A stretch of 64,000 nt of DNA from an uncultured Haloferula sp. (lineage in GTDB: Bacteria; Verrucomicrobiota; Verrucomicrobiia; Verrucomicrobiales; Akkermansiaceae): NCBI GenBank assembly GCA_965652295.1, contig CBFGTS010000015.1, positions 1-64,000 on the forward strand, written 5' to 3'. A model generated the notes under the pieces. That model searched no databases and was not told the origin of the DNA. It saw only the letters and a list, made by a program, of their open reading frames with translations. The position numbers and the translations under genes were made by a program. Positions 36,960 through 46,134 of the stretch are shown piece by piece (the stretch's first letter is position 1; each line of letters begins with the position of its first letter).

Positions 36960-39116
36960 TCATGGCGAGGCGGACGAATTGGTGCCAGGCCAGGAGTCCA
37001 TCAAGCGGAAGAAACTCCGGTCGAGGGAATCCGTCTTCACCTTCCACTCCTCGGCCAGATCTCGGCTACCCGGCTGGCCCAGAAACCTGGGTTGGACGTT
37101 CTCCCATGCCCTGAGTTCCAGTGACGGCAACTGGAGACTCTGTGAAAGCCACAGCCGCGCCGCGGTGCCAAGCCGAAGGGATCGATCTTGATGATACCAA
37201 AGCCCCCGTCGGAGACGAACCCAAATTTCAGGAATCCTCAGGGAACTTCTGGAAGTGGCCGTCAACGCAGGTGGGTCCCATATGGCAGGACGTGAGCCGG
37301 TGAAGAACTCAAGTCCGTTGCCAAGTGAATCCTGGTCCGGATTGTCATCGTAGGCCCAATCTTCAGGCTGAAGACCGGACCGCGCCATCCAGCTTAGATA
37401 GGTGTGATCTGCAGGATCAATGCCATCCGGAACACCCGCATCCCACACTCCCACTTCCACCTCCCGGCTTATTCTCCAGCCCGTGCCGTTCCAGACCCGG
37501 CAGCGATAGGTCCCGGCAAGATGCCCGGCTTGTGCCGGATCCTGCGGCACTTTGATCACCAGCCTGGGATTGTTGATTCCTTGGTATGCCGGATCCGCCT
37601 TCAGCCAAATTCCGTTCCTTGCCCAATGGCAGTACAGGTTGGGAGCACCCATCGCCTCTAGGGAAAGCTCGTAGCTACCGCCGGGAGCCATTTTCATCGG
37701 CTCGGGTTGAAGGTAGATTACCGGAGAATCCGGCAGATGCGCGGATTGCCAATTCCGCACCCGCTGATCAAACAGCTCGACCAGATCCGGGCGAGAGGAG
37801 GCCAGATTGATTCTCTCCTCCGCGTCGGCATCCAGATCGAACAACTCACACATCGAACCTGACCGGTCGGTCAAATATTTCCACGACCCCGCCATAAGAG
37901 CGATGGGAGGAGAATCGTATTCGGTCCCCACGATCAGATTCTCATAATACCAGAAGAGATCGCGCTCACGCGGCGCATCTTCCACTTCACCGGACACGAT
38001 ACCCGAGACATCCTCTCCATCCAAATCTTCGGGCACCCGAATGCCGGCCAACCCCAACGCGGTTGGATAAGCATCCACCCCGCAAAATGCATGCTGAATC
38101 CTCCTGCCCCCGGAAATTCGGCCTGGTGCCCACCAAAATCCGGGAACTCGGATTCCCCCTTCATACAGGCTTCGTTTCCTCCCACGAAGTCCCCCGGTAT
38201 CTCCGGTTCCAGGATTCGCCGCTGCTACGAGACGCCTGTCCTCCGGGCCATTGTCGGAGGTGAAAAAGATCACTGTGTCACCGGAAAGTTCCAATTCGTC
38301 CAATGTATCCACAATTTGGCCGACCGCTCGATCGATCCCTCCGACAAATGTCTGATAGACTCTGTGTCTTGCCTGGAAATCTGTCTCCCCCACTTCGTTA
38401 CGCAGAGATTCCATGTAGGCCGATGTCCATCCCGAATGATCTCCGGAGCGAGCTTCGAGATCGGCATAGGCAGCAAGATCCTGAGCATTCACCACGACAG
38501 GGGCGTGAACCGCCTGGAACCAGATATTGAGGAAGAACGGAACCTCGCGGTTTCTTCTCATAAACTCAAGCGCATCTGAGGTGATGGCCGCACTGGAAGC
38601 TCGAAAAAAGGCGTCGGAGTTCGGGTGATAGGTGACCGTGGATTTCTCCTCGTGAAACCCATAAGCCGTCGGCGACCATTCGCCCAAGTGCCACTTCCCG
38701 AAATGGCCGCAATGATAGCCCGCCCCAGCGAAACTCTCAGCGACCGTTTGCTGCGGTGTTAGCGGCCGCTGAAGCTGACCCCATCGAAAGTTGTTCGCCG
38801 GACTACTCAGGTAATTATTAAGCCCCACCGATTGGGGGAAAAAACCGGTCAAAATTCCAGCCCGGGCCGGACTGCATACGGGAGAGGCGCTGTAGCACCG
38901 ATCAAGAACTACCCCTTCCGCTGCGAGCTTATCCAGACGAGGCGTCCGTGCCAGCGAACTTCCCATAAAGCCTGTATCACGCCAGCCAAGATCATCAGCC
39001 ACGATGAACACCACGTTCGGCTGCTTCGCTCCTCCGACCGAGGCAAGTGCCACCCACATCAAGGGAGCCCCAACCATCGCTTTAAACGTTTTCCCGTAGC
39101 TCTTCATTATTCTCAT
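36960..39116 (-). CDS. Secreted formylglycine-type sulfatase with Ig-like and C-terminal D-rich domains
   Basis: PNVVFIVADDLG, CSPAR (CxPxR), GKWHLG, SDNG, KRSLYEGGIRVP; signal-like N-terminus. Confidence 0.9.
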   Translation of the reverse strand: MRIMKSYGKTFKAMVGAPLMWVALASVGGAKQPNVVFIVADDLGWRDTGFMGSSLARTPRLDKLAAEGVVLDRCYSASPVCSPARAGILTGFFPQSVGLNNYLSSPANNFRWGQLQRPLTPQQTVAESFAGAGYHCGHFGKWHLGEWSPTAYGFHEEKSTVTYHPNSDAFFRASSAAITSDALEFMRRNREVPFFLNIWFQAVHAPVVVNAQDLAAYADLEARSGDHSGWTSAYMESLRNEVGETDFQARHRVYQTFVGGIDRAVGQIVDTLDELELSGDTVIFFTSDNGPEDRRLVAAANPGTGDTGGLRGRKRSLYEGGIRVPGFWWAPGRISGGRRIQHAFCGVDAYPTALGLAGIRVPEDLDGEDVSGIVSGEVEDAPRERDLFWYYENLIVGTEYDSPPIALMAGSWKYLTDRSGSMCELFDLDADAEERINLASSRPDLVELFDQRVRNWQSAHLPDSPVIYLQPEPMKMAPGGSYELSLEAMGAPNLYCHWARNGIWLKADPAYQGINNPRLVIKVPQDPAQAGHLAGTYRCRVWNGTGWRISREVEVGVWDAGVPDGIDPADHTYLSWMARSGLQPEDWAYDDNPDQDSLGNGLEFFTGSRPAIWDPPALTATSRSSLRIPEIWVRLRRGLWYHQDRSLRLGTAARLWLSQSLQLPSLELRAWENVQPRFLGQPGSRDLAEEWKVKTDSLDRSFFRLMDSWPGTNSSASP

Positions 39117-39167
39117 GAACTACACAATCTCCTCCACCCAATTTCAAACCCCTGGGCTGAATAAACC

Positions 39168-40277
39168 TTACAGTCTAGTAGAAACACCCCGAAGAAAATC
39201 TCGTGCGCCACCCAATAGCCCCTTCCAAATTAGGACTGCAACCACACAAAATCTCCTCTGCTTGAGACTATTCGCAACTTCATGACCTAAAATATACGCC
39301 TTGATCCTCCGATTTATCCCCAAATGATCAGTTACCTTATAAGAGCCGCTCAGCCTTCTCACGCTTAACCCAATCCATTCCTCCAACTCATGGGAAATTC
39401 CATTTTCATTCCTCATCTCGCCCAGCTTGAGCTCCAGCTCTTTTGCCAAGGAATCATTCATGCGTCCCCGTCGCCGAGCTTCCGCGATAATTTTGGCACA
39501 TTTAAGGTGACGGTGAATTGATTCGTCTAATAATTCTGAAAAAATCCCAGATTCGAGACGCTCCACAACCGAAAGATGGCCCCCAGCCATCGACAACGCA
39601 CTTGAGGCTCCTAGAGAATGACGTCTGTAGTAACCTACAAAGCTTGGCACAACAGGGATCTTCATCCTAAACTTTTGAAACGCCCTTACATACAACTCAT
39701 ACTCTTCCCAGTGCCTAAGGGACTCAGAGAATGGCCCGACAGACAATAGCATCTCTCTCCGCCACAAGGCTCCTAACGTCGCAATCGGATTACCGTATAA
39801 TATCGCTTTACTGGGCTCACTCGAAAAAGCCTGTAATGCTTCAAGACTTTCTCTTTGACGCAACTTCCCCCGACAACCGCGACGCAATAAGTTTCCTCTC
39901 GAATCCAGATCCCCCACCACACCAACAGCACAAACAGCTTCCGGATTCTCGACCAGGGATTGATATAGCGAATAAATTCCAGTTGTTGAAGTTATATCAT
40001 CTGCATCCAAAAAGTATACGAAATCTCCGGAAGCATGGTTCAATCCACTATTCCGGGCGGCATTTACACCTCTGTTTTCTTGCCTGATTAATGAAAATCT
40101 GCTATCCAAGAGCGCGATCTGCGTTACGACTTCGCCTGTACCATCTACTGATCCGTCATCAACCACGATACATTCGAAGCTCTCAAACGTCTGCGATTTC
40201 AAAGAAAGAAGTGTATCCTGAATATATCGAGCCGCATTGAACGCTGGCACAATAACACTAACAACAAACGACGCCAT
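39168..40277 (-). CDS. Glycosyltransferase family 2
   Basis: SVIVPAFN, VDDGSVD, ARNSG, FLDADD. Confidence 0.92.
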   Translation of the reverse strand: MASFVVSVIVPAFNAARYIQDTLLSLKSQTFESFECIVVDDGSVDGTGEVVTQIALLDSRFSLIRQENRGVNAARNSGLNHASGDFVYFLDADDITSTTGIYSLYQSLVENPEAVCAVGVVGDLDSRGNLLRRGCRGKLRQRESLEALQAFSSEPSKAILYGNPIATLGALWRREMLLSVGPFSESLRHWEEYELYVRAFQKFRMKIPVVPSFVGYYRRHSLGASSALSMAGGHLSVVERLESGIFSELLDESIHRHLKCAKIIAEARRRGRMNDSLAKELELKLGEMRNENGISHELEEWIGLSVRRLSGSYKVTDHLGINRRIKAYILGHEVANSLKQRRFCVVAVLIWKGLLGGARDFLRGVSTRL

Positions 40278-40351
40278 ATGCTAAATTTTCTGATAAAACG
40301 AAAACCATGCGAAAACATCCAGGATATCAATCGACGTGGTTAGGTATATCA

Positions 40352-41221
40352 TTACTGTTTTTTGCCCAAACCAGCAATCGCCGCATCGAAGGCTTTTCCG
40401 AGCCGATCAACCACCTCCAGAACCAAGTCCGCCGGTGGTGCGACACAGGCCTCCTCACATTCGGAAATAGTTCGGTCGCAATCAAACGCTAAAGGATATG
40501 GATCCATATCAAAAACTGAAAAATAGTCTCTGAACTTATAACCATCGCCGACAACCAGTTTCGAAAATTGGGCCCAAGCGGATGGAATCCCGAAAGAATG
40601 CGCACAAATGACCCCATGCAGCGAAGAAGAAACGACAGCCCGACAACGCGATATATCTTCAAGAACTGCGTCAACAGGCCTTTCGACATCAATAACTAAA
40701 ATTTCATTAGGATACTTATCAACGAATCGACCAAGATACGGATTATGCTTGTCGACATAATGAGGGACGATGCCTATTCTTCCAGAAGGATTGAGATCAC
40801 CTGCTACTTTTTGTTGGAATCTAGATGCGACCAATAGCCCCGGATCGCCTAACTCTATGGTATCCGGCGTGTCGAGAGCCGCTCGCGTCAGCTTTCCACG
40901 GACCGCGATAATCTTCGCACGTTTGAAATTTCTCTTTTCTGTAGGCTGCCGAATAAACCCAGAACCGATGACTGTTCCTCTAAAAGACTCCGGAAGAAGT
41001 TCCAGGATACTTCCAGTTGCAGCGATTGAAGCATTCGCGGGACATCTCCAAACACCGCATTTCCCTAATCCATCTAGCAGCCATGGAGTGATTAGGTCCC
41101 CGAAGTTGACCCGCCCCTTCCACCAATATGCGCCGACGGCACTGGGAATCATATGTTCTAAAATTCCCCAGTAAGCGTCAACGCAACCCGCTTTAAGCAT
41201 TTTATAGTTCGATAGCATCAT
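40352..41221 (-). CDS. Polysaccharide pyruvyl transferase family (ExoV-like)
   Basis: NFGD, GSIL, AVRGKLT, GDPGLL, VPHY, SSSLHG. Confidence 0.88.
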   Translation of the reverse strand: MMLSNYKMLKAGCVDAYWGILEHMIPSAVGAYWWKGRVNFGDLITPWLLDGLGKCGVWRCPANASIAATGSILELLPESFRGTVIGSGFIRQPTEKRNFKRAKIIAVRGKLTRAALDTPDTIELGDPGLLVASRFQQKVAGDLNPSGRIGIVPHYVDKHNPYLGRFVDKYPNEILVIDVERPVDAVLEDISRCRAVVSSSLHGVICAHSFGIPSAWAQFSKLVVGDGYKFRDYFSVFDMDPYPLAFDCDRTISECEEACVAPPADLVLEVVDRLGKAFDAAIAGLGKKQ

Positions 41222-41282
41222 GGCTTTGCGGTCTCCACTGAGTCGAAAGAGCTTTTACATTTGTGAGGACGTTCCTCAAAAA

Positions 41283-42842
41283 TTAGTTCCCGTGCTTGTC
41301 AGCTCGGCCAACTAATAGCTTGAAAAGGGGCAGCCGTCTTACAAAAGACTTCAATCTATATTTTGGACCCAGCCGCTTGCACACGGCATGGATGCTATAT
41401 ACTAGCGAAGCACCGAATACGAAGCTGTTGACTAAAACGGCGGGCCAGCCGTCAATGAGTTGGTTCGCCACAACGGCAGGGGCAGCGAAAGCGAGCGGAA
41501 CAAACACTACCGCCAATGTTTGAGGATCAAATCGGAATCCGGACAAGCGCCGACCGATAACATATACCGTAGCAGCGTGGACGATAATGTGAATCACAAA
41601 GGCGTACCCGACAGCAGCGAGGCCCATCGATGGGAGAAGCAGCACAATCAGCCCGAGATGGACTACGTTGGCTTCTGTCTGGCCAAAATACATCCAGATC
41701 GCCGCTCCCTTCACGCGCTGGATCATGCCGAGCGGGTTCATTATCATCATCCCGTACACCCCAGCTACGAACCAAGGTAGCAAATCGGCTCCAGGAAGAA
41801 ACGCAGCCGAGTAGAAGAGCCTGATCGCCCACGGACCGAAGGCTATTGTACCAATTGTGCCAGGTAGAGCGAGCAGGATCCCAATTTCGATCTGCTCGTT
41901 TGCGAGCTGATTAACCTTCTCGTCATCATGCGAAACAGCCACAAGGCGCGGATAAAAATCCGTCCCCATTGCAAGCAGGATAAAGCTTCCGAAAAGTCCG
42001 GAGAGCGACCAAGCCGCCTGGTAGATGCCGTTCCCCTCGACCCCAAAATCTCGAATAATTAAAGACCGTATTATCAATGCAACTATGGCTGCCAAAACCG
42101 CTCCATACATAAAAGCTAATCCCAATTTTATGAGACGCTTTGAATTAATTAAGGTTTCCAACCATGGTTGAGGCAATGATTCAATCTTGATCCGGCGAGA
42201 AAAATACCACGAAAACCCGAGATTTACGATCGCCGTCAGAACAATAACGGGGACAATTCCCCTTTGCCCGAGCCAAGCATACAGGGCCATTGCCAGGATC
42301 AACGTCAAAATGGCGGAAAATACTTGAACCCGTGCGAGATCACCGATTCGACGCATTCCCTGTAGAAGCGCCGACTGCCCACCCGCGACCGAGCCGATCA
42401 AAGCGGTAGATCCCAATAAAATCACCGCCCAAATTCTCTCCATGGAACCGAATGTCCATTGAGTGAGCGGACCAGCAAGAGCAGCAGTCAGGACCCACCC
42501 AATAATTCCGGAAATCCAACAGGTTCGCCGCAAGGTTTTTACGACAGCTCCAACGCGCTGTCGATTCCCGCTGCCATTGGCTTCTGCGACTTCACGAACA
42601 CCACTTTGATTAATGCCAAGTTGTGCAACGGTATTGACCAATCCCACAATCGATTGGTAGAGCCCGACAACTCCGACGCCTGATGGACCGAGAAGCATGG
42701 CGACAACCTTCATTCGAGCCAAGCTGATGAGGTAGCCTATCCCTTGAGCACCTCCAACGATGGACGATGAACGGAGAATTTGACTATAGCTCGTTCCGAC
42801 CGTTTCCGGCGGCGCTTCTTTCTCAGGAGGAATCGAACACAT
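41283..42842 (-). CDS. wzx: Wzx flippase (O-antigen translocase)
   Basis: KVVAMLLGPSGVG, GIYQAAW, DFYPRL; about 12-14 TM segments. Confidence 0.9.
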   Translation of the reverse strand: MCSIPPEKEAPPETVGTSYSQILRSSSIVGGAQGIGYLISLARMKVVAMLLGPSGVGVVGLYQSIVGLVNTVAQLGINQSGVREVAEANGSGNRQRVGAVVKTLRRTCWISGIIGWVLTAALAGPLTQWTFGSMERIWAVILLGSTALIGSVAGGQSALLQGMRRIGDLARVQVFSAILTLILAMALYAWLGQRGIVPVIVLTAIVNLGFSWYFSRRIKIESLPQPWLETLINSKRLIKLGLAFMYGAVLAAIVALIIRSLIIRDFGVEGNGIYQAAWSLSGLFGSFILLAMGTDFYPRLVAVSHDDEKVNQLANEQIEIGILLALPGTIGTIAFGPWAIRLFYSAAFLPGADLLPWFVAGVYGMMIMNPLGMIQRVKGAAIWMYFGQTEANVVHLGLIVLLLPSMGLAAVGYAFVIHIIVHAATVYVIGRRLSGFRFDPQTLAVVFVPLAFAAPAVVANQLIDGWPAVLVNSFVFGASLVYSIHAVCKRLGPKYRLKSFVRRLPLFKLLVGRADKHGN

Positions 42843-42885
42843 CACATTGCTTGGAAGCCGTCTTCTCAGAAGAGGGCGGCTACGG

Positions 42886-43611
42886 TCATTGAATCGAGGC
42901 GAGTATCTCAGCGCGGAGTTGCTCGTCGAACGTGAAACGCTCGAAAGCCAACTTGGCATTCGCCATCGCCATGTCTCGATTATACTCGTGAGGAAGCTGG
43001 TCGTCCCAAAAGAAGTGGAAGCCCTTTATAAAGTCATGTCCGAGCGGAGTCTCTCGAAACAATATCGGAATAGCTTTTGCTATACAGGATTCAACGAAGC
43101 GATATGTCCACATCGTCTCCGCCGGACCGGGCCAATCAGCTTGGTGCGGACAAAGCCCAAACCTTGATTGACAAAATTTCTCGTAGTAATTTTTATTGAA
43201 ATGTCCTTTGCTCCAGTTGTTTCTTCCCTGTTTTGATGCAACGACTAAACTATCGGCTCTCGCGGCGTAGGGAGCAAGCATCCTTTGGCGCCCCCCACCG
43301 ACAGGCATGGCACCATTAAAGTAGTATTCCAGAATTTTATCGTCAGGAATCCTCGCTGCTTCATAAAAGAACCTTTTAGGATAGATCAGGCCGACCAAGA
43401 CGCCATTGACGAATCCGGTTCCATTGATGTGATCAATAGTGATCTCAGTCTTGTTGCGAGGCACTCCAATCTCGTCAAGCGCTTGCTGCAGCAGTTTGAA
43501 CTGGAGCATCACAGGTTTTCCGGTAAAAATTGCCTTGACTCGAGATGCGGCAGTTCTTATTTTTTCAAAACCGAAAGGGGACGTGGACTTCATATGGATT
43601 GGCAGTGACAC
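42886..43611 (-). CDS. Hypothetical protein, exostosin/GT47-like C-terminal motif
   Basis: SRFGLCP...TYRFVES...AIPI. Confidence 0.6.
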   Translation of the reverse strand: MSLPIHMKSTSPFGFEKIRTAASRVKAIFTGKPVMLQFKLLQQALDEIGVPRNKTEITIDHINGTGFVNGVLVGLIYPKRFFYEAARIPDDKILEYYFNGAMPVGGGRQRMLAPYAARADSLVVASKQGRNNWSKGHFNKNYYEKFCQSRFGLCPHQADWPGPAETMWTYRFVESCIAKAIPILFRETPLGHDFIKGFHFFWDDQLPHEYNRDMAMANAKLAFERFTFDEQLRAEILASIQ

Positions 43612-43617
43612 CTGCTA

Positions 43618-44475
43618 TTACTCGATCCCTGGGCTATCAAAACGCTTCCCGATTTCGGGGACAAATCGCATGATTTCATCTGTTCGGTAAGGGATTTTCC
43701 CTATTAAAAGAGAGCCCGAGGCAGTGAACTTCTCCCACCATTGCGTTGCGAACTCTGCTAATGTGATGGCGCAACCTGAACCGATATTCTCGACATGGTA
43801 ACCGGATGGAGGTGGGCCGCATGTCGTCACCTCTAGAAATCGTGCGGCAGCCGCTCCTACGGGCATGTAATCCCTCACTTGCGCGCCTCCGGTCATCGGA
43901 AAATCTTCGCCTGCTAAGGCGGCGCGACGCAAAGCGGGCCAAAAATTCGCCTGATGCTGACCAAGTCCGTATAGGTGGAACGGCCGTAAAAGAGTAAAGG
44001 CCGAAATCGAGCTGCGGGCGAGGGCTTGCATAGCGAGACTGAACGCTGCCTTCGAAGCGGCGTATGGACCGATCGGTTCAAGTGGTGCATCCGGTGGAAT
44101 CCGGTGGTAACGCTCTCCGCCTCTTCCATATTCCAAGCATGAACCGGAGGCAATGATATGCGGCACACCGACGCTCTCTGCGGTGGCGAAGAGACGGAGA
44201 CTCTGACACACGTTCACCTTAAAGGCGAGGTTCCAGTCAGTGGCCTGCGGAGAGACTCCTTGCGCAGCGAAGTGAACGAGAGCGTCACACTTTTCAAGAA
44301 CAGCTGCAGGTACTTCATCAAGAGCGTCTTCGTGCCATTTAGGTTGTCGATCGAGTCTGATGACGGGCCTTGAGCCTGGACGACGCAGCGCAAAGACTTC
44401 GTGCCCGCCCTCCAGTGCGAGCTTCAAAAAATGCGCGCCGATGAAGCCTGTGCCGCCCGTAACAAAAATGCGCAT
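43618..44475 (-). CDS. NAD(P)-dependent epimerase/reductase, probable CDP-dideoxyhexose 4-reductase
   Basis: TGGTGFIG, YAASK; directly after rfbH. Confidence 0.8.
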   Translation of the reverse strand: MRIFVTGGTGFIGAHFLKLALEGGHEVFALRRPGSRPVIRLDRQPKWHEDALDEVPAAVLEKCDALVHFAAQGVSPQATDWNLAFKVNVCQSLRLFATAESVGVPHIIASGSCLEYGRGGERYHRIPPDAPLEPIGPYAASKAAFSLAMQALARSSISAFTLLRPFHLYGLGQHQANFWPALRRAALAGEDFPMTGGAQVRDYMPVGAAAARFLEVTTCGPPPSGYHVENIGSGCAITLAEFATQWWEKFTASGSLLIGKIPYRTDEIMRFVPEIGKRFDSPGIE

Positions 44476-44482
44476 TAGAATT

Positions 44483-46075
44483 TCAGGAGATATTGCGGCT
44501 TGTTTTTGAAGCAACAAACTCGCGGATGACGTTGACCATATAATGGATCATTTCCTCAGTGAGGCCCGGATAGGTTCCGAGGAACATGGTTTGGTTCATG
44601 ATGCGGTCGGCACCTTTGAGGTCACCGGCAATGCGCATGGCTTCTGGGTTGTCGTGGCGGAGGCGGACGAAGGCGGGTTGGCGGACGAGATTGCCCCCGA
44701 AAAGCATTCGGTTACCTATTTTCCTCTCGTCAAGGTGGGCGGCCAGTTCGGTACGGGTGAAGGGGGCATCCTCTTTGATGGTGATCTTGAAACCGAACCA
44801 GGAGCACGAAGTACGACAGCCGCTATCGTCCCAAGTGAAGTCCGACGAGATGGCTGATCGTTGATCGTGGATTGCGGATTCCGAAGGGGGGGTCCAAGCG
44901 GTCGCGTGGGTGGGAAGGGCGAAGTCGATGTAATTCTCAAGTCCATGCAGGCCACGACGAAGGCGCTCCCAGTTCACCTTACGGGCCTCGATGAAGGCGG
45001 GGAGACGCTTGATTTGGACGCGGCCGATCGCGGCCTGCGGATCGAGCGGCTTGAGGTTGTAGCCAAGATGCGAATAGATATATTTGTGATCGTACCCCTG
45101 TGGGAGCTCGCCTAGCTTCCATTGGAAACGTTTGCCACAGGTATCGTCCTTGCCGGACGGGCACCAGCAATCACGGCCCCAATCGCGGAAGGACTCGGCG
45201 TAGGTTTTGAGCGGGGCTCGGCGGATGATGTTGACCGAGCCGCCTTCGCCCATGGTGAGGTGGTGGGGAGGATAGAAACTTTGAGTGGAGAGGTCGCCGA
45301 AGGCTCCTGTCGGAGCAGTCAGTAGTTTCAAGTTTTCTGTTTTCTGCTCTGAGATCTTGATGATCGGATGTTCGCCTTTTTCGGCAATCTTGATCAGGTG
45401 GTCGAGGCCCAGAGCCTTGGCCTTTTCCAGAGGAAGGGTGTAGGTGCAGCCGAGGGCGTCACAGTTATCTTCGACCAGCCACAGGTCGTGTTTTTGGCAG
45501 AACTCGAGGACGGTTGAGAGATCGAAGGGATTACCCAACGCATGAGCCATCATGACCGCCTTGGTTTTGCCGGGTGCAAAGGCGGCTTCCAGCAGCGAGC
45601 AATCGGCGTTACCCGTGAGGGGGTTAGCGTCGATGAACACAGGGACGGCCCCAGCCTGAATAATAGGCGCGACAGTGGTCGGGAAGCCGGCAGCAACGGT
45701 GATGACTTCGTCTCCGGGACGGATGCGTTTGTGCTCGGGAAGCTTGTGAGTGGTGAGCGCCGAGAAGGCCACGAGGTTAGCCGATGAACCCGAATTCACT
45801 AGGAGGCAGTGCCTCACTCCCATGAACTCGGCGAGTTCCTTCTCCATCGCCCCGCCCTCCGGACCAAGTGTGAGCCAAAAGTCGAGAGTGGAGGATACGG
45901 CGGCCTCGACCTCGTCCTCATCGAACACCCGGCCAGCATAGGGCACGGTAGTTTCACCCGGGGTAAAGATGGCGTGGGCGGGATCGTCGCCGGGCCGATT
46001 GGCGCTGTGGGCCAAGCGGGAGTATTCGCGGGTGAGACGGAGAATTTCGGCTTTGAGCTCGGATGGGGAAGGCAT
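44483..46075 (-). CDS. rfbH: CDP-4-keto-6-deoxyglucose 3-dehydratase (E1)
   Basis: NSGSSANL, AHALGNP, EDNCDALG, SFYPPHHLTMGEGG (His replaces Lys), RDWGRDCWC..TC Fe-S motif. Confidence 0.93.
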   Translation of the reverse strand: MPSPSELKAEILRLTREYSRLAHSANRPGDDPAHAIFTPGETTVPYAGRVFDEDEVEAAVSSTLDFWLTLGPEGGAMEKELAEFMGVRHCLLVNSGSSANLVAFSALTTHKLPEHKRIRPGDEVITVAAGFPTTVAPIIQAGAVPVFIDANPLTGNADCSLLEAAFAPGKTKAVMMAHALGNPFDLSTVLEFCQKHDLWLVEDNCDALGCTYTLPLEKAKALGLDHLIKIAEKGEHPIIKISEQKTENLKLLTAPTGAFGDLSTQSFYPPHHLTMGEGGSVNIIRRAPLKTYAESFRDWGRDCWCPSGKDDTCGKRFQWKLGELPQGYDHKYIYSHLGYNLKPLDPQAAIGRVQIKRLPAFIEARKVNWERLRRGLHGLENYIDFALPTHATAWTPPSESAIHDQRSAISSDFTWDDSGCRTSCSWFGFKITIKEDAPFTRTELAAHLDERKIGNRMLFGGNLVRQPAFVRLRHDNPEAMRIAGDLKGADRIMNQTMFLGTYPGLTEEMIHYMVNVIREFVASKTSRNIS

Positions 46076-46134
46076 GGAAAGTTTGTTGGATTTCAGTTTT
46101 CAGTTTCCAGCATTGAAACTGAAAAGGACGCAGT

